From NCBI GenBank assembly GCA_020847275.1, contig JADLCI010000007.1, forward strand, positions 108,272 through 172,271: DNA of 64,000 nucleotides, in the 5' to 3' direction. Shown here one piece after another: positions 48,727 to 57,959 of the stretch. Position 1 is the first letter of the stretch; each line of letters begins with the position of its first letter. A program made the translations under genes and the position numbers. A model generated the notes under the pieces. That model did no database searches and was not told the origin of the DNA. It saw nothing but the letters and a program-made list of their open reading frames with translations. Origin of the DNA: Candidatus Nomurabacteria bacterium. GTDB lineage: Bacteria; Patescibacteriota; Minisyncoccia; Phycocordibacterales; JACOZG01.

Positions 48727-48755
48727 TTGACTTGTTATTTACGTTCTGATAGGAT
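48727..48755 (+). promoter_or_regulatory. Sigma70-type promoter of hsdM operon
   Basis: TTGACT-17 nt-TAGGAT, placing the start at ATG 48769. Confidence 0.7.
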
Positions 48756-48768
48756 GGCCCGTATCAGC

Positions 48769-50454
48769 ATGCGCAAGGATATCCAAGCAAAACTTAAAGA
48801 AATGCCAGAGTTACTTTCCATCAGCCAGGTGGCAGAAATTTTCTCTATCCACCAGGACACCCTCCGCAACTGGGAGAAAGAAGGCATCCTGGTACCGCTC
48901 CGAGCTGGTAAGCGCGGGGACCGCAAATACCGCCCGCAAGACATCCAGACAATTGTCGACAAGATGGGTAGCAAGCTCACCCTCCCGCAACTCGAGCAGT
49001 TTCTCTGGAAGAGCGCCGACATCCTTCGGGGCAAAATCGACAGCTCTGACTACAAAAAATATATCTTCGGCCTCCTCTTTTACAAACGTATCAGCGACGT
49101 CTGGGACGAGGAATACGCGAAGGTGATGGATGAGTTCAAAGACGAGACGATTGCTCGTGCCGATTATAATCACCGCTTTCAGGTGCCGAAGGAGTGTCGC
49201 TGGTCGGTCGTGGAGGAGCGGGCAGAAAATATCGGCAAGAAGCTCAACGAGATTTTTGAGAAGCTTGCCAACGCGAACAGCCCGAAGCTCGACAGGATTT
49301 TTGAGGACCTCGATTTCGCCAACAAGGATCGTTTCCCGAATGAGACGACCCAGCGACTCATCAACCACTTTTCCCAATACAATTTTGGCGACACTTATAT
49401 AAACTCTGACCTCTTGGGCGACGCATACGAGTATCTCATCAAACAGTTCGCGGCGGACGCCGGCAAAAAAGGCGGCGAGTTCTACACCCCGCGCGAAGTC
49501 GAGCGTGTCATCATCGAGATCCTCAAACCCCACAAGAAAGACCACATCTACGATCCAACTGTCGGCTCTGGCGGCTTCCTTCTCGAGGCTTTCCATTACC
49601 TCAAAGAAAAAGAGAACGAGCAGGTGGCACGCACTCTCTATCTCTACGGTCAGGAAATAAACATCGGCACCTTTGCAATCGCTAAAATCAACATGTTCCT
49701 CCACGGTCTTGATAGCGCCGATATCCAGCGTGGGGATACGTTAGCCAATCCGCAGTTCCTTAATCCGAACGGCTCTCTCAAAACATTCGACATCTGCGTA
49801 GCCAATCCGCCCTACTCAATCAACGACTGGGAATACGAGATGTTCAAATCCGACAAATACGGTCGGATAGACGGGTACGAACTACCGCCAAATAAAAATG
49901 CGGACTACGCCTTCGTCCTCCACATTATAAAGTCCATGAACTCAAATGGTCGCGCGGGCATCGTACTCCCGCACGGTGTGCTCTTCCGTGGCGGTTCCGA
50001 GGGGCGCATCCGCGAACAGATACTCAAGAACGACCTTATAGAAGCCGTCATCGCGCTCCCGCCGAAGCTCTTTTATGGCACGGGCATCCCTGCGGCCATC
50101 CTCATTTTCAACAAGAACAAGCCGAAGGAACGTCAGGGCAGAGTGCTTATTATTGATGCCGAAAAGGATTTTTCCGAAGGCAAGAACCAAAACTCACTCC
50201 GCTTTCAAGACATACAGAAAATTGTTAAGGCCCACGCTGGGTACAAGGATGTAGAAGGATACGCTCGCGTCGTCGGCTTCAAAGAGATTGAGGAGAACGA
50301 ATTCAACCTCAACGTGCGGCGCTACATCGAGAACGGCGACAAGGAGGAAGAGGTAGATGTGTCAGTGGTCCGAAAGGAGCTCGCCGTTCTCGAGAAGGAA
50401 CGTGAGGAGATAGGTAAAAGGGTTGAAAAGTATTTAACAGAGTTGAAGTATTAA
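48769..50454 (+). CDS. hsdM: Type I R-M methyltransferase with N-terminal MerR/excisionase-type HTH
   Basis: LLSISQVAEIFSIHQDTLRNWEKEG HTH; LWKSADILRG, GEFYTP, DPTVGSGG, NPPY, PHGVLFRG. Confidence 0.93.
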   Translation: MRKDIQAKLKEMPELLSISQVAEIFSIHQDTLRNWEKEGILVPLRAGKRGDRKYRPQDIQTIVDKMGSKLTLPQLEQFLWKSADILRGKIDSSDYKKYIFGLLFYKRISDVWDEEYAKVMDEFKDETIARADYNHRFQVPKECRWSVVEERAENIGKKLNEIFEKLANANSPKLDRIFEDLDFANKDRFPNETTQRLINHFSQYNFGDTYINSDLLGDAYEYLIKQFAADAGKKGGEFYTPREVERVIIEILKPHKKDHIYDPTVGSGGFLLEAFHYLKEKENEQVARTLYLYGQEINIGTFAIAKINMFLHGLDSADIQRGDTLANPQFLNPNGSLKTFDICVANPPYSINDWEYEMFKSDKYGRIDGYELPPNKNADYAFVLHIIKSMNSNGRAGIVLPHGVLFRGGSEGRIREQILKNDLIEAVIALPPKLFYGTGIPAAILIFNKNKPKERQGRVLIIDAEKDFSEGKNQNSLRFQDIQKIVKAHAGYKDVEGYARVVGFKEIEENEFNLNVRRYIENGDKEEEVDVSVVRKELAVLEKEREEIGKRVEKYLTELKY

Positions 50455-50457
50455 CAT

Positions 50458-51264
50458 ATGACAAACATGGACATACAACAAGAAAAAGAGGAGAAGTTCG
50501 TCGACAAACACGATTTTTACTTTGAGGCACCTTTGTATGAAGCTATCGAAGTGAGCAGGTTGGAGGGTGACATATTCAGTGGTGATGTGGATGCGTACAA
50601 CACCGCAAGTGGTTTTGACACCACTTATGAAATAAAAACGGGTCATATCGGGTATCACGATAACGACTTCCGAGGTTTTTATACAGTTGTCCTAACCTGC
50701 AAAAGAAAGGGTGAAGATAAGTTGCGTTTTTTTGTTTACAGAAGTAAAGAGTTAGTTATTAAACTCGGTCAATTTCCGTCTTTGGCAGACATACAGTTCG
50801 CTGAAATCGGAAAGAAATACGACAGCGTGTTGCCGAAAGAAGATTTAAAAAATCTCAAGAAAGCTATCGGCCTCGTTGCGCACGGCGCGGGTGCCGGGTC
50901 ATTCGTATATCTTCGGCGGATTTTCGAGAATCTTATACTCGCAACATTCAAACAGAACATGGCTGCTGTCGGTGTCTCCGAAGCGGACTTCAAGACCAAT
51001 CGTATGGAAGATAAAGTGGAGGCGCTGAGGACGTTTTTGCCTAGCCAGCTCCTTGAGATGAAATCTATCTACGGAATTCTGAGCAAGGGCGTGCACGAAT
51101 TGAGCGAAGAAGAGTGCCTCAAGTACTTCTCCCCGTTGAAGCTCTCAATTGAACTCGTCCTCGATCAAAAGATAGAAGAGGCGACAAAGCGCGGACGGGA
51201 CGCGCTTGTTAAAAAGCAGCTACAGAATATTCATCAAGAGCTTTCTAACGGTGAGACTAAATAA
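50458..51264 (+). CDS. Hypothetical protein, HEPN/DUF4145-like, nested in hsd operon
   Basis: GSFVYLRRIFENLI helix and YGILSKGVH motif near the C-terminus. Confidence 0.55.
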   Translation: MTNMDIQQEKEEKFVDKHDFYFEAPLYEAIEVSRLEGDIFSGDVDAYNTASGFDTTYEIKTGHIGYHDNDFRGFYTVVLTCKRKGEDKLRFFVYRSKELVIKLGQFPSLADIQFAEIGKKYDSVLPKEDLKNLKKAIGLVAHGAGAGSFVYLRRIFENLILATFKQNMAAVGVSEADFKTNRMEDKVEALRTFLPSQLLEMKSIYGILSKGVHELSEEECLKYFSPLKLSIELVLDQKIEEATKRGRDALVKKQLQNIHQELSNGETK

Positions 51265-51266
51265 GT

Positions 51267-52373
51267 ATGGCTACTGCGCCCCAAAAAAATATTCCCAACG
51301 GTTGGCAACAAGCAAGACTCGGGGATATTTCTGATATCACAAATGGAAAGACCAATACGCAGGATGCTGTTACTCACGGGGAATATCCTCTCTTCGATCG
51401 CTCGGTCGCAATAAAGAGGAGTAATAAATATCTTTTTGACGACACCGCCGTCATCCTCCCGGGTGAGGGAGCAGAGTTTGTGCCCCGCTACTACAGTGGC
51501 AAGTTCGATCTGCATCAGAGAGTGTATGCTATTTTCCCGAACGAGACGGTTTATCCTCTATTTTTATATCAATATTTGTACGCAAATCGTGCAGTCTTCG
51601 CACAAAATGCAGTCGGGAGTACGGTGAAGTCTCTCCGCCTCCCAATTATTCAAGCGGTCGATGTTTTACTGCCCACTCTTCCCGAACAAATGAAGATCGC
51701 GGAAATTTTATCCGCGGTCGATGCAGAAATTCAAAAGACAGACGAAATAATCACCTCTACAGAGAAACTCAAGCACGGGCTTATGAAGCAGTTTCTCTCG
51801 GCCAATAAAAGTTCTACAAAGAAGAGGTTCTCAGAATTGGCGAGTCTCAGAAAAGAAGCCTTCGATCCGAAGACAGAAGCGTCTGAAAAGTATGTTGGGT
51901 TAGAACATATTGATCAAAACTCAGGAGCATTGCTCGGATTTGGTGACTCCATTGAAACGGCAAGCATAAAAACAAGATTTTATGCCGGTGACATTTTGTT
52001 TGGGAAGTTGCGCCCCTATCTACGGAAATACTGGAAAGCAAACTTTAGTGGAGTTTGTACTACGGAGATACTCGTCTTCCAGCCTAAAGAAAAGAGAGAC
52101 GCCGAGTTTATTTTTTACCTTACTCAGTCGGATCAGTTTATAAATCATTCAAACTCGAAATCGTTTGGTACCAAAATGCCTCGAACAGATTGGAATATCG
52201 TTTCCGAGTTTGAGTTTTTCGCTCCCTCTCCAATAAAGAGACAGGAAATTGGGACCTTGCTGACTCTTATCGATCAAAGAACCTCAATCAACCGAAAAAT
52301 GAGAGGACGGTTAGTTCTCCTTAAGAAAGGTCTTATGCACGATCTTTTGAGCGGTAAGAAAAAAACAATATGA
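51267..52373 (+). CDS. hsdS: Type I R-M specificity subunit
   Basis: IPNGW, two TRDs, LPTLPEQMKIAEILS, LKKGLMHDLLSG. Confidence 0.93.
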   Translation: MATAPQKNIPNGWQQARLGDISDITNGKTNTQDAVTHGEYPLFDRSVAIKRSNKYLFDDTAVILPGEGAEFVPRYYSGKFDLHQRVYAIFPNETVYPLFLYQYLYANRAVFAQNAVGSTVKSLRLPIIQAVDVLLPTLPEQMKIAEILSAVDAEIQKTDEIITSTEKLKHGLMKQFLSANKSSTKKRFSELASLRKEAFDPKTEASEKYVGLEHIDQNSGALLGFGDSIETASIKTRFYAGDILFGKLRPYLRKYWKANFSGVCTTEILVFQPKEKRDAEFIFYLTQSDQFINHSNSKSFGTKMPRTDWNIVSEFEFFAPSPIKRQEIGTLLTLIDQRTSINRKMRGRLVLLKKGLMHDLLSGKKKTI

Positions 52374-53653
52374 CCACTGAAACGCTAAAGAATAAGACAA
52401 GGACGAAGGAGATATATCATGCGGCTAATACCGACCCCGTTTTCGATGTTAAGTCTCGTGAGGTAATGAGAGGGAAACTTTACGAGATCGTTTTTCCTTT
52501 CAATCGCCAGGGTAAGCAGAAGTACTCACTCATCTCGGAAATTCACTTCGATGGGGTGAGCCGTCTCGATCTCAAGGGTATGAGGGGTATGACGCGCGGC
52601 TATGGCTTCACGCAGGACACCGTCCCCATTGTATCGACTTTGAACGAAACTTTCCCCGGTGTCACAAAGATAATAATTTCTACTAAAACAACATCGATAA
52701 ACCTACGGAAGAGCGAGCTCGTGTTGAATGTCGACGACTATAAGACTATTTATTCCACAATCCGTCCTAAAAATCAGAAGCACTCTAAGGATCAGAAGGT
52801 TACGATCCATAATATTTTGGCACAAACAGGTGGACTAGGTCTTAAGGCAAAGAAAATTCCTTACGTTGCAGGCACAATTAAGGGAATTTTGAGAGAAGTT
52901 TCTTCCTCGGGCGGGAAGTTATCAGATGTCGACTCCGGCGCGCTACTTGATTTTGCGCAGAACAAGATTGAAAACTATGACGTCGACGCCGCTACGCTAA
53001 TCCATACGAAGGAAAAAATAGACAAGGTCTATTTTGAGAAAGTCATCGCGCGGTTTGAGAAACTGCTTGCCCTCAAAAAAGGGGTCGGCGCAAAGAAGCT
53101 GGAACAACGGTGGCACAATTTCTTCAAAGATAACTCTTGGATCTTCTCGTACTTGTTTGCCGCGCCCCATTTTCTTTTCCAGGATGAGTATTATGTTGGT
53201 GGGCAAAAAGGCACGGGCAAAGAAGCGCGATATGCCGATTTCATTTATAAAAATAAGCTGACGGGCAGCGCAACCATAATCGAAATTAAAACTCACAGAA
53301 CGAAAACGCTTCACAACACAGCCTACCGCTCTGCCGGGAAGGTATACCCGATTTCTTCAGATATCACGGGAGCAATAAATCAGGTCCTAGATCAAAAGAA
53401 TACCCTCCTCAAGAATTACTCGACCGTAGCGCAAGGCGATTTTGAGATCTTTGATCCGCGCTGCGTCATCGTTGTTGGCAACACCAAAGATATTCCGAAG
53501 GAGAGGGTAAAGAATTTCGATATGTTCCGATCGAATTTGAGGAATATAGAAATTATTTGCTTTGATGAACTTCTAGAAAAAGCGAAGCTGCTTTTGAGCC
53601 ATTTCATTAAGCCAAAGGGCTCCAAGAAGAAGAAAAATAAGAAGATAAAGTGA
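52370..53653 (+). CDS. sduA: Shedu (SduA, DUF4263) anti-phage nuclease
   Basis: EQRWHNFFKDNSWIF, ADF...IIEIKT, YR...ISSDITGAINQVLDQK, FRSNLRNIEIICFDELL. Confidence 0.85.
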   Translation: MTTETLKNKTRTKEIYHAANTDPVFDVKSREVMRGKLYEIVFPFNRQGKQKYSLISEIHFDGVSRLDLKGMRGMTRGYGFTQDTVPIVSTLNETFPGVTKIIISTKTTSINLRKSELVLNVDDYKTIYSTIRPKNQKHSKDQKVTIHNILAQTGGLGLKAKKIPYVAGTIKGILREVSSSGGKLSDVDSGALLDFAQNKIENYDVDAATLIHTKEKIDKVYFEKVIARFEKLLALKKGVGAKKLEQRWHNFFKDNSWIFSYLFAAPHFLFQDEYYVGGQKGTGKEARYADFIYKNKLTGSATIIEIKTHRTKTLHNTAYRSAGKVYPISSDITGAINQVLDQKNTLLKNYSTVAQGDFEIFDPRCVIVVGNTKDIPKERVKNFDMFRSNLRNIEIICFDELLEKAKLLLSHFIKPKGSKKKKNKKIK

Positions 53654-53654
53654 T

Positions 53655-56561
53655 ATGAAATTCAACGAACAATACACGGTAGAAAATCACGTCATCAAGT
53701 TTCTCAAGGAGAGGCTCGGTTACGAATACATCAAGCCGCAAGAGTTTGCTAAGCTCCGCGAGTTTGAGAATGAGTACATCATTACCCCCCCACTGCTTGA
53801 GGCGGTCAAAAGGATCAATGGCATTGACGAAGATGGGGCGCTCTCTGTCGTTCGTGAGGTGAAGAAGATTGATAACAACGAGGCGTTTCTTGAAGCGCTT
53901 CGCTATGGCGTAAATCTCAAGGATCCGCAGACCGGCAAAATGCGGGACTATCTCATTGTTGACTTTGATAACCCTTCTAATAACCATTTTGTCGTCACAA
54001 ACCAGTTCTACTTTGAGGGCAACTCCGAGAATATCCGTCCAGACGTAATGGTGTTTTTGAATGGACTCCCGGTTGTGGACATCGAAGCAAAAAGTCCGAC
54101 AGCCGCAAGTAGTGTGGATTACTCGAAGGCCGTAGGGCAGATAAAACGCTACGAGCGCAATGCCTTTAAGCTCTTTTGGACTAACTGTTTCAACATTGCG
54201 ACCGACGGGCTCCAGACGGTGTACGGCGCGACCCATGCTCCTGCGCAGAATTTTCTGCACTGGAAGGACGAGGAACTTGAAAAGGCCGAGGGTGGCGAGC
54301 TAGAAATGACGCTGGTGGCTCTGCTTGAGAAGAATCGTCTCTTGGATGTTGTCCAGAACTTTATCGTCTTCGAGAAAGAGAAGGAGCAGACGGTTAAGAA
54401 AATAGCCCGCTACCAGCAACTTCGCGCGACGAACAAGATCGTCGAGCGAGTACTTGGTGGAGAAAAAAAGCGTGGGCTCATCTGGCACACTCAAGGGTCA
54501 GGCAAATCGCTCACGATGTACTTTACTGCCTGGAAACTGCGCTTCAATAAAGAACTCAAGAACCCTAAGGTGTTTATTCTCGTTGACCGCATCGACCTGG
54601 ACGACCAGATTTACGAAACATTTATTAATTGTGGCGGGAAGAATGTGATACGCGTCGAGTCACGCGTCGATTTGGAGCAGAAAATCCAGTCTCCCGAGCG
54701 CGGGATTTTCATCTCTACGATCCAGAAGTTCTCGGAGCTCGGTGATTCGATAAAGAGTTTTGATGAGAATGTGATTGTGCTCTCAGACGAGGCCCACCGT
54801 GATAACGAGGGTATCTCCGCTATTAATTTGCGGAGTGCCATGGGCAGTGCCTTCTTCTTTGGCTTCACCGGAACGCCCATCGACCGCGTCACTCTCAATA
54901 CACACCGCAATTTCGGGCAGGACGGCGAGCGATATTTGGATTACTACTCTATTCAGCAAGCGATTGACGACGGTGCGACGCTTCCGGTTACCTACGAGGC
55001 GCGACTCTCAAAATTCTTCATTGACGAGGAGAAGCTCGATAAGCAGTTTGAAGAGCTGACTCAAGGGCTCTCAGAAAAAGAAAAGGACGCGGTGGCTAAG
55101 AAGTACGGCAAGAAGGAAGCAATCGTGAAGCTCGACAGACGCATGGAAGCCGTCGCCCGCGATATCGTTGAGCACTACCGACTCTACGTAGAACCGGCGG
55201 GATTTAAGGCACAGATTGTCTGCTACGACCGCGAAGCGGTAGCGAAGTATAAGAAGCTCTTGGATCAGCTGGTACCCAAGGAGTGGTCGGAGGTGGTGTA
55301 TTCGCCCGGCGATCCAAACACCGACACGGAAGACCTGCGCAAGTACAACACGACCAAGGCAAAGCGAGAGAAGATTATCAACGAGTTCAAGGACCCTGCA
55401 AGTCCTCTCAAATTCCTGCTGGTCTGCGACATGCTTCTTACGGGCTTCGATGCTCCGGTTGAACAGATAATGTATCTCGACAAGCCGCTCTGGGATCACA
55501 ATCTCCTGCAAGCAATCGCTCGCACAAACCGCGTCTACCCAAACAAAGGCGCAGGAAAGGTAATTGATTACTACGGCGTCACCAAGAGTCTCTACAAAGC
55601 GCTCGATTTTGACGAGAGTGTGGTCGACTCGGCCATGATCAACATCGATAAGCTCAAGGAAGAGTTTGTTGAAGTGCTTGAGGAGATTATGAATATCTTT
55701 ACGGGCATCAATATCGAAGACCCGTCGATTGATAACCTGCGTCGCTGTCTCAAGATATTTGCTGAGAATTTGGACAAACAGAAATTTCTGCGTAGCAAGT
55801 ATGCGCGGCTCAAACTGTTGTTTGAGATACTCTCTCCCGATCCGTTCTTGAAGGAACACGTGCGCGCCTTTGAGTGGCTTACCAGCGTGTATTTGGCTTT
55901 CGATAAAGAATATGGGGCAAAGATGTCCGATGCAGAACTTCTCGCTGAATATGGTGAGAAAGTAAAACAGCTCATCCAGCAACGCGTTGACTACGAGGGT
56001 ATCACTAAGAACTTCCGCGAGCTTAACGTGAACGATCTCTATGTGATGGAACGGCTTAACAAAATGGACGATGAGGAGAAAGCTCTCAATCTTGAGAAAA
56101 TGCTCAAGCAGGAAATCTCCATCAACGTCGATACCAATCCAGCGTACAAAAAATTCAGCGAACGACTTGCCCTCATCCGCAAGGAGTTTGAACAGCACCA
56201 GATTGACCTCTCCGAGCGCATCAAGCGCTATCAGCAACTCCTCGAGGACATAAAGAAAAAAGGAGACGAGGCAAAAGAGCTTGGATACTCGCTCAAGGAG
56301 TACGGACTATATGTCATTTCTACCGAATTTATTGAGGGGGACAAGGATGTGATTCGAGAGTTCATTAAGGAGATGACGAAGCGGCTTGAGGATATACTCG
56401 ACGAAGGATGGCAGGAGTCGTCTAAGCGTGAAGAATTTCTCAAGGAGGTAAAGCGTATCGTGCAGGAACTTGTGCTCAGAGAGTATAAGGACCGCATAAA
56501 AGCCGCCGACTTCCAAAAATATCTCAATCGGCTGGTTGATATTGTGATCAAAAAATTCTAG
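53655..56561 (+). CDS. hsdR: Type I R-M restriction subunit
   Basis: RPD...DIEAK, HTQGSGKS, DEAHR, GFTGTP, MLLTGFDAP, QAIARTNR. Confidence 0.95.
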   Translation: MKFNEQYTVENHVIKFLKERLGYEYIKPQEFAKLREFENEYIITPPLLEAVKRINGIDEDGALSVVREVKKIDNNEAFLEALRYGVNLKDPQTGKMRDYLIVDFDNPSNNHFVVTNQFYFEGNSENIRPDVMVFLNGLPVVDIEAKSPTAASSVDYSKAVGQIKRYERNAFKLFWTNCFNIATDGLQTVYGATHAPAQNFLHWKDEELEKAEGGELEMTLVALLEKNRLLDVVQNFIVFEKEKEQTVKKIARYQQLRATNKIVERVLGGEKKRGLIWHTQGSGKSLTMYFTAWKLRFNKELKNPKVFILVDRIDLDDQIYETFINCGGKNVIRVESRVDLEQKIQSPERGIFISTIQKFSELGDSIKSFDENVIVLSDEAHRDNEGISAINLRSAMGSAFFFGFTGTPIDRVTLNTHRNFGQDGERYLDYYSIQQAIDDGATLPVTYEARLSKFFIDEEKLDKQFEELTQGLSEKEKDAVAKKYGKKEAIVKLDRRMEAVARDIVEHYRLYVEPAGFKAQIVCYDREAVAKYKKLLDQLVPKEWSEVVYSPGDPNTDTEDLRKYNTTKAKREKIINEFKDPASPLKFLLVCDMLLTGFDAPVEQIMYLDKPLWDHNLLQAIARTNRVYPNKGAGKVIDYYGVTKSLYKALDFDESVVDSAMINIDKLKEEFVEVLEEIMNIFTGINIEDPSIDNLRRCLKIFAENLDKQKFLRSKYARLKLLFEILSPDPFLKEHVRAFEWLTSVYLAFDKEYGAKMSDAELLAEYGEKVKQLIQQRVDYEGITKNFRELNVNDLYVMERLNKMDDEEKALNLEKMLKQEISINVDTNPAYKKFSERLALIRKEFEQHQIDLSERIKRYQQLLEDIKKKGDEAKELGYSLKEYGLYVISTEFIEGDKDVIREFIKEMTKRLEDILDEGWQESSKREEFLKEVKRIVQELVLREYKDRIKAADFQKYLNRLVDIVIKKF

Positions 56562-56563
56562 CC

Positions 56564-57133
56564 ATGAAAAGAGAAATCGCTCTTCAAAATAAAAAGGTCA
56601 CCTACACTCTCCGGAAGAGCAAGCGAGCTCGAAGAATGCGTCTCGCCGTGTATTGTGACGGTACAATAGTTGTTACTACGCCGTTTGATCTCAAAGAGAC
56701 GGTTGCGGAGAGGTTTATCCGAGAGAAAAGCCAATGGCTTTTCTCAAAGATAGCGTTTTTCGAGCAATTCAAGGGTCTTGCAATTACTCGTTACTCACAC
56801 GAGGACTATCTTAAAAATAAAGACCGCGCTTATGAGCTTGCGATTGAGCGAGTGCAGTATTTCAACAAAAAGCATAAGTTCATTTTTAACAAGATCAATA
56901 TAAAGAATCAGAAGACTCGCTGGGGCAGTTGCTCTAAAAAAGGAAACCTAAATTTTAACTATAAAATTGTGCTGCTTCCGCAACGGCTTGCCGACTACAT
57001 CATCGTTCACGAACTATGCCACCTCAAGGAATTTAATCATTCCAAGAAGTTTTGGAATCTAGTCGAGAAAGTAATTCCTGATTATACAAGGATTAGAGAT
57101 GATCTGAAGAGAAGTGGCGTCACTTTTTACTAA
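56564..57133 (+). CDS. M48/YgjP-like (DUF45) metallopeptidase family protein
   Basis: KTRWGSCS, YIIVHELCHL, NHSKKFW; typical position after hsdR. Confidence 0.9.
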   Translation: MKREIALQNKKVTYTLRKSKRARRMRLAVYCDGTIVVTTPFDLKETVAERFIREKSQWLFSKIAFFEQFKGLAITRYSHEDYLKNKDRAYELAIERVQYFNKKHKFIFNKINIKNQKTRWGSCSKKGNLNFNYKIVLLPQRLADYIIVHELCHLKEFNHSKKFWNLVEKVIPDYTRIRDDLKRSGVTFY

Positions 57134-57134
57134 C

Positions 57135-57665
57135 ATGATTCATAAAATCAGAAATTTTATCCAAAGTTTAGAGAAGAGGCAGATTATCGCTTATATCGTC
57201 TTTTTGCTACTCGCCACAATCGTGTTCGTTGGAATGACCTTCTTTAAGGAGACGTTTCAAAAGATTGGATACACGTTACTTCTCATTGAACTCATTCTTC
57301 TAGTGACCGTTGCTTGGGCATTGGCCGGGCATGCGGTAATGAAATCACTCTTTGTTGTCGGCGCTAGTTTATCGCTGATCATTTTTCTCTCGCAAGCATA
57401 CTGCGGAGCCCCCAATCTTTCTCAGGCAGGTAACGATGCGCTCAAGACACTTATTGCTTTTGGTTTTATATACATCGCCACAAATTTTCTCCGAGCACTA
57501 TACAAAGAAGTCACTGATAGGACCAAGGTCCTGAGGCAAGTAAATGGCGGGAAGAGCCCGTGGTTCTTTCTTGTGCCATTTGCGTTGTTTGTCGGCTTGT
57601 TTGTATGGCAGATCGTTCAGATCATTATGCCAATTTTACAAAACCTCTGTATTTACCAAATTTGA
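57135..57665 (+). CDS. Hypothetical multi-TM membrane protein
   Basis: About 5 hydrophobic segments; ATG 1 nt after upstream stop. Confidence 0.7.
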   Translation: MIHKIRNFIQSLEKRQIIAYIVFLLLATIVFVGMTFFKETFQKIGYTLLLIELILLVTVAWALAGHAVMKSLFVVGASLSLIIFLSQAYCGAPNLSQAGNDALKTLIAFGFIYIATNFLRALYKEVTDRTKVLRQVNGGKSPWFFLVPFALFVGLFVWQIVQIIMPILQNLCIYQI

Positions 57666-57713
57666 ACCTGTTGGTAACTAACGCTTCGCAATATCTCCTG
57701 ATTAAGCTAGGAT
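57665..57713 (+). repeat. Right copy of bipartite direct repeat
   Basis: AACCTGTTGGTAACTAA (57665-81)-N22-AAGCTAGGAT. Confidence 0.85.
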
Positions 57714-57764
57714 GCTTCACGATAGCCAAATGTGCTATCATGCTCCTGACAATTGAATAAGCAA

Positions 57765-57921
57765 AAGTAGCCTAAACTCGGCGTTGCCGGGCATGGTGAA
57801 AAGTCCTATCAAGCCCAGAAAACCCATCATGGGGTCGCTTGATAGGCCATATCGGGAAACTGATATGAGTGGCCGAAAGGCTGCTACCCGTGGTGGGCTT
57901 TCTGTTTTTAAATAAAAACAG
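57765..57921 (+). ncRNA. Candidate structured leader RNA (unidentified)
   Basis: Multibranch fold with two GAAA-capped stems and a 10-bp stem CCTATCAAGC/GCTTGATAGG; TGcTATCAT upstream. Confidence 0.55.
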
Positions 57922-57959
57922 AGGTTCATCTCGGCAGATTATTAGTAATTTATAAAACT

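Noticed and set aside
48811-49704. 297-aa antisense ORF within hsdM
   Set aside because: Shadow ORF from codon bias; no motifs
55071-56237. 388-aa antisense ORF within hsdR
   Set aside because: Shadow ORF opposite a well-supported gene
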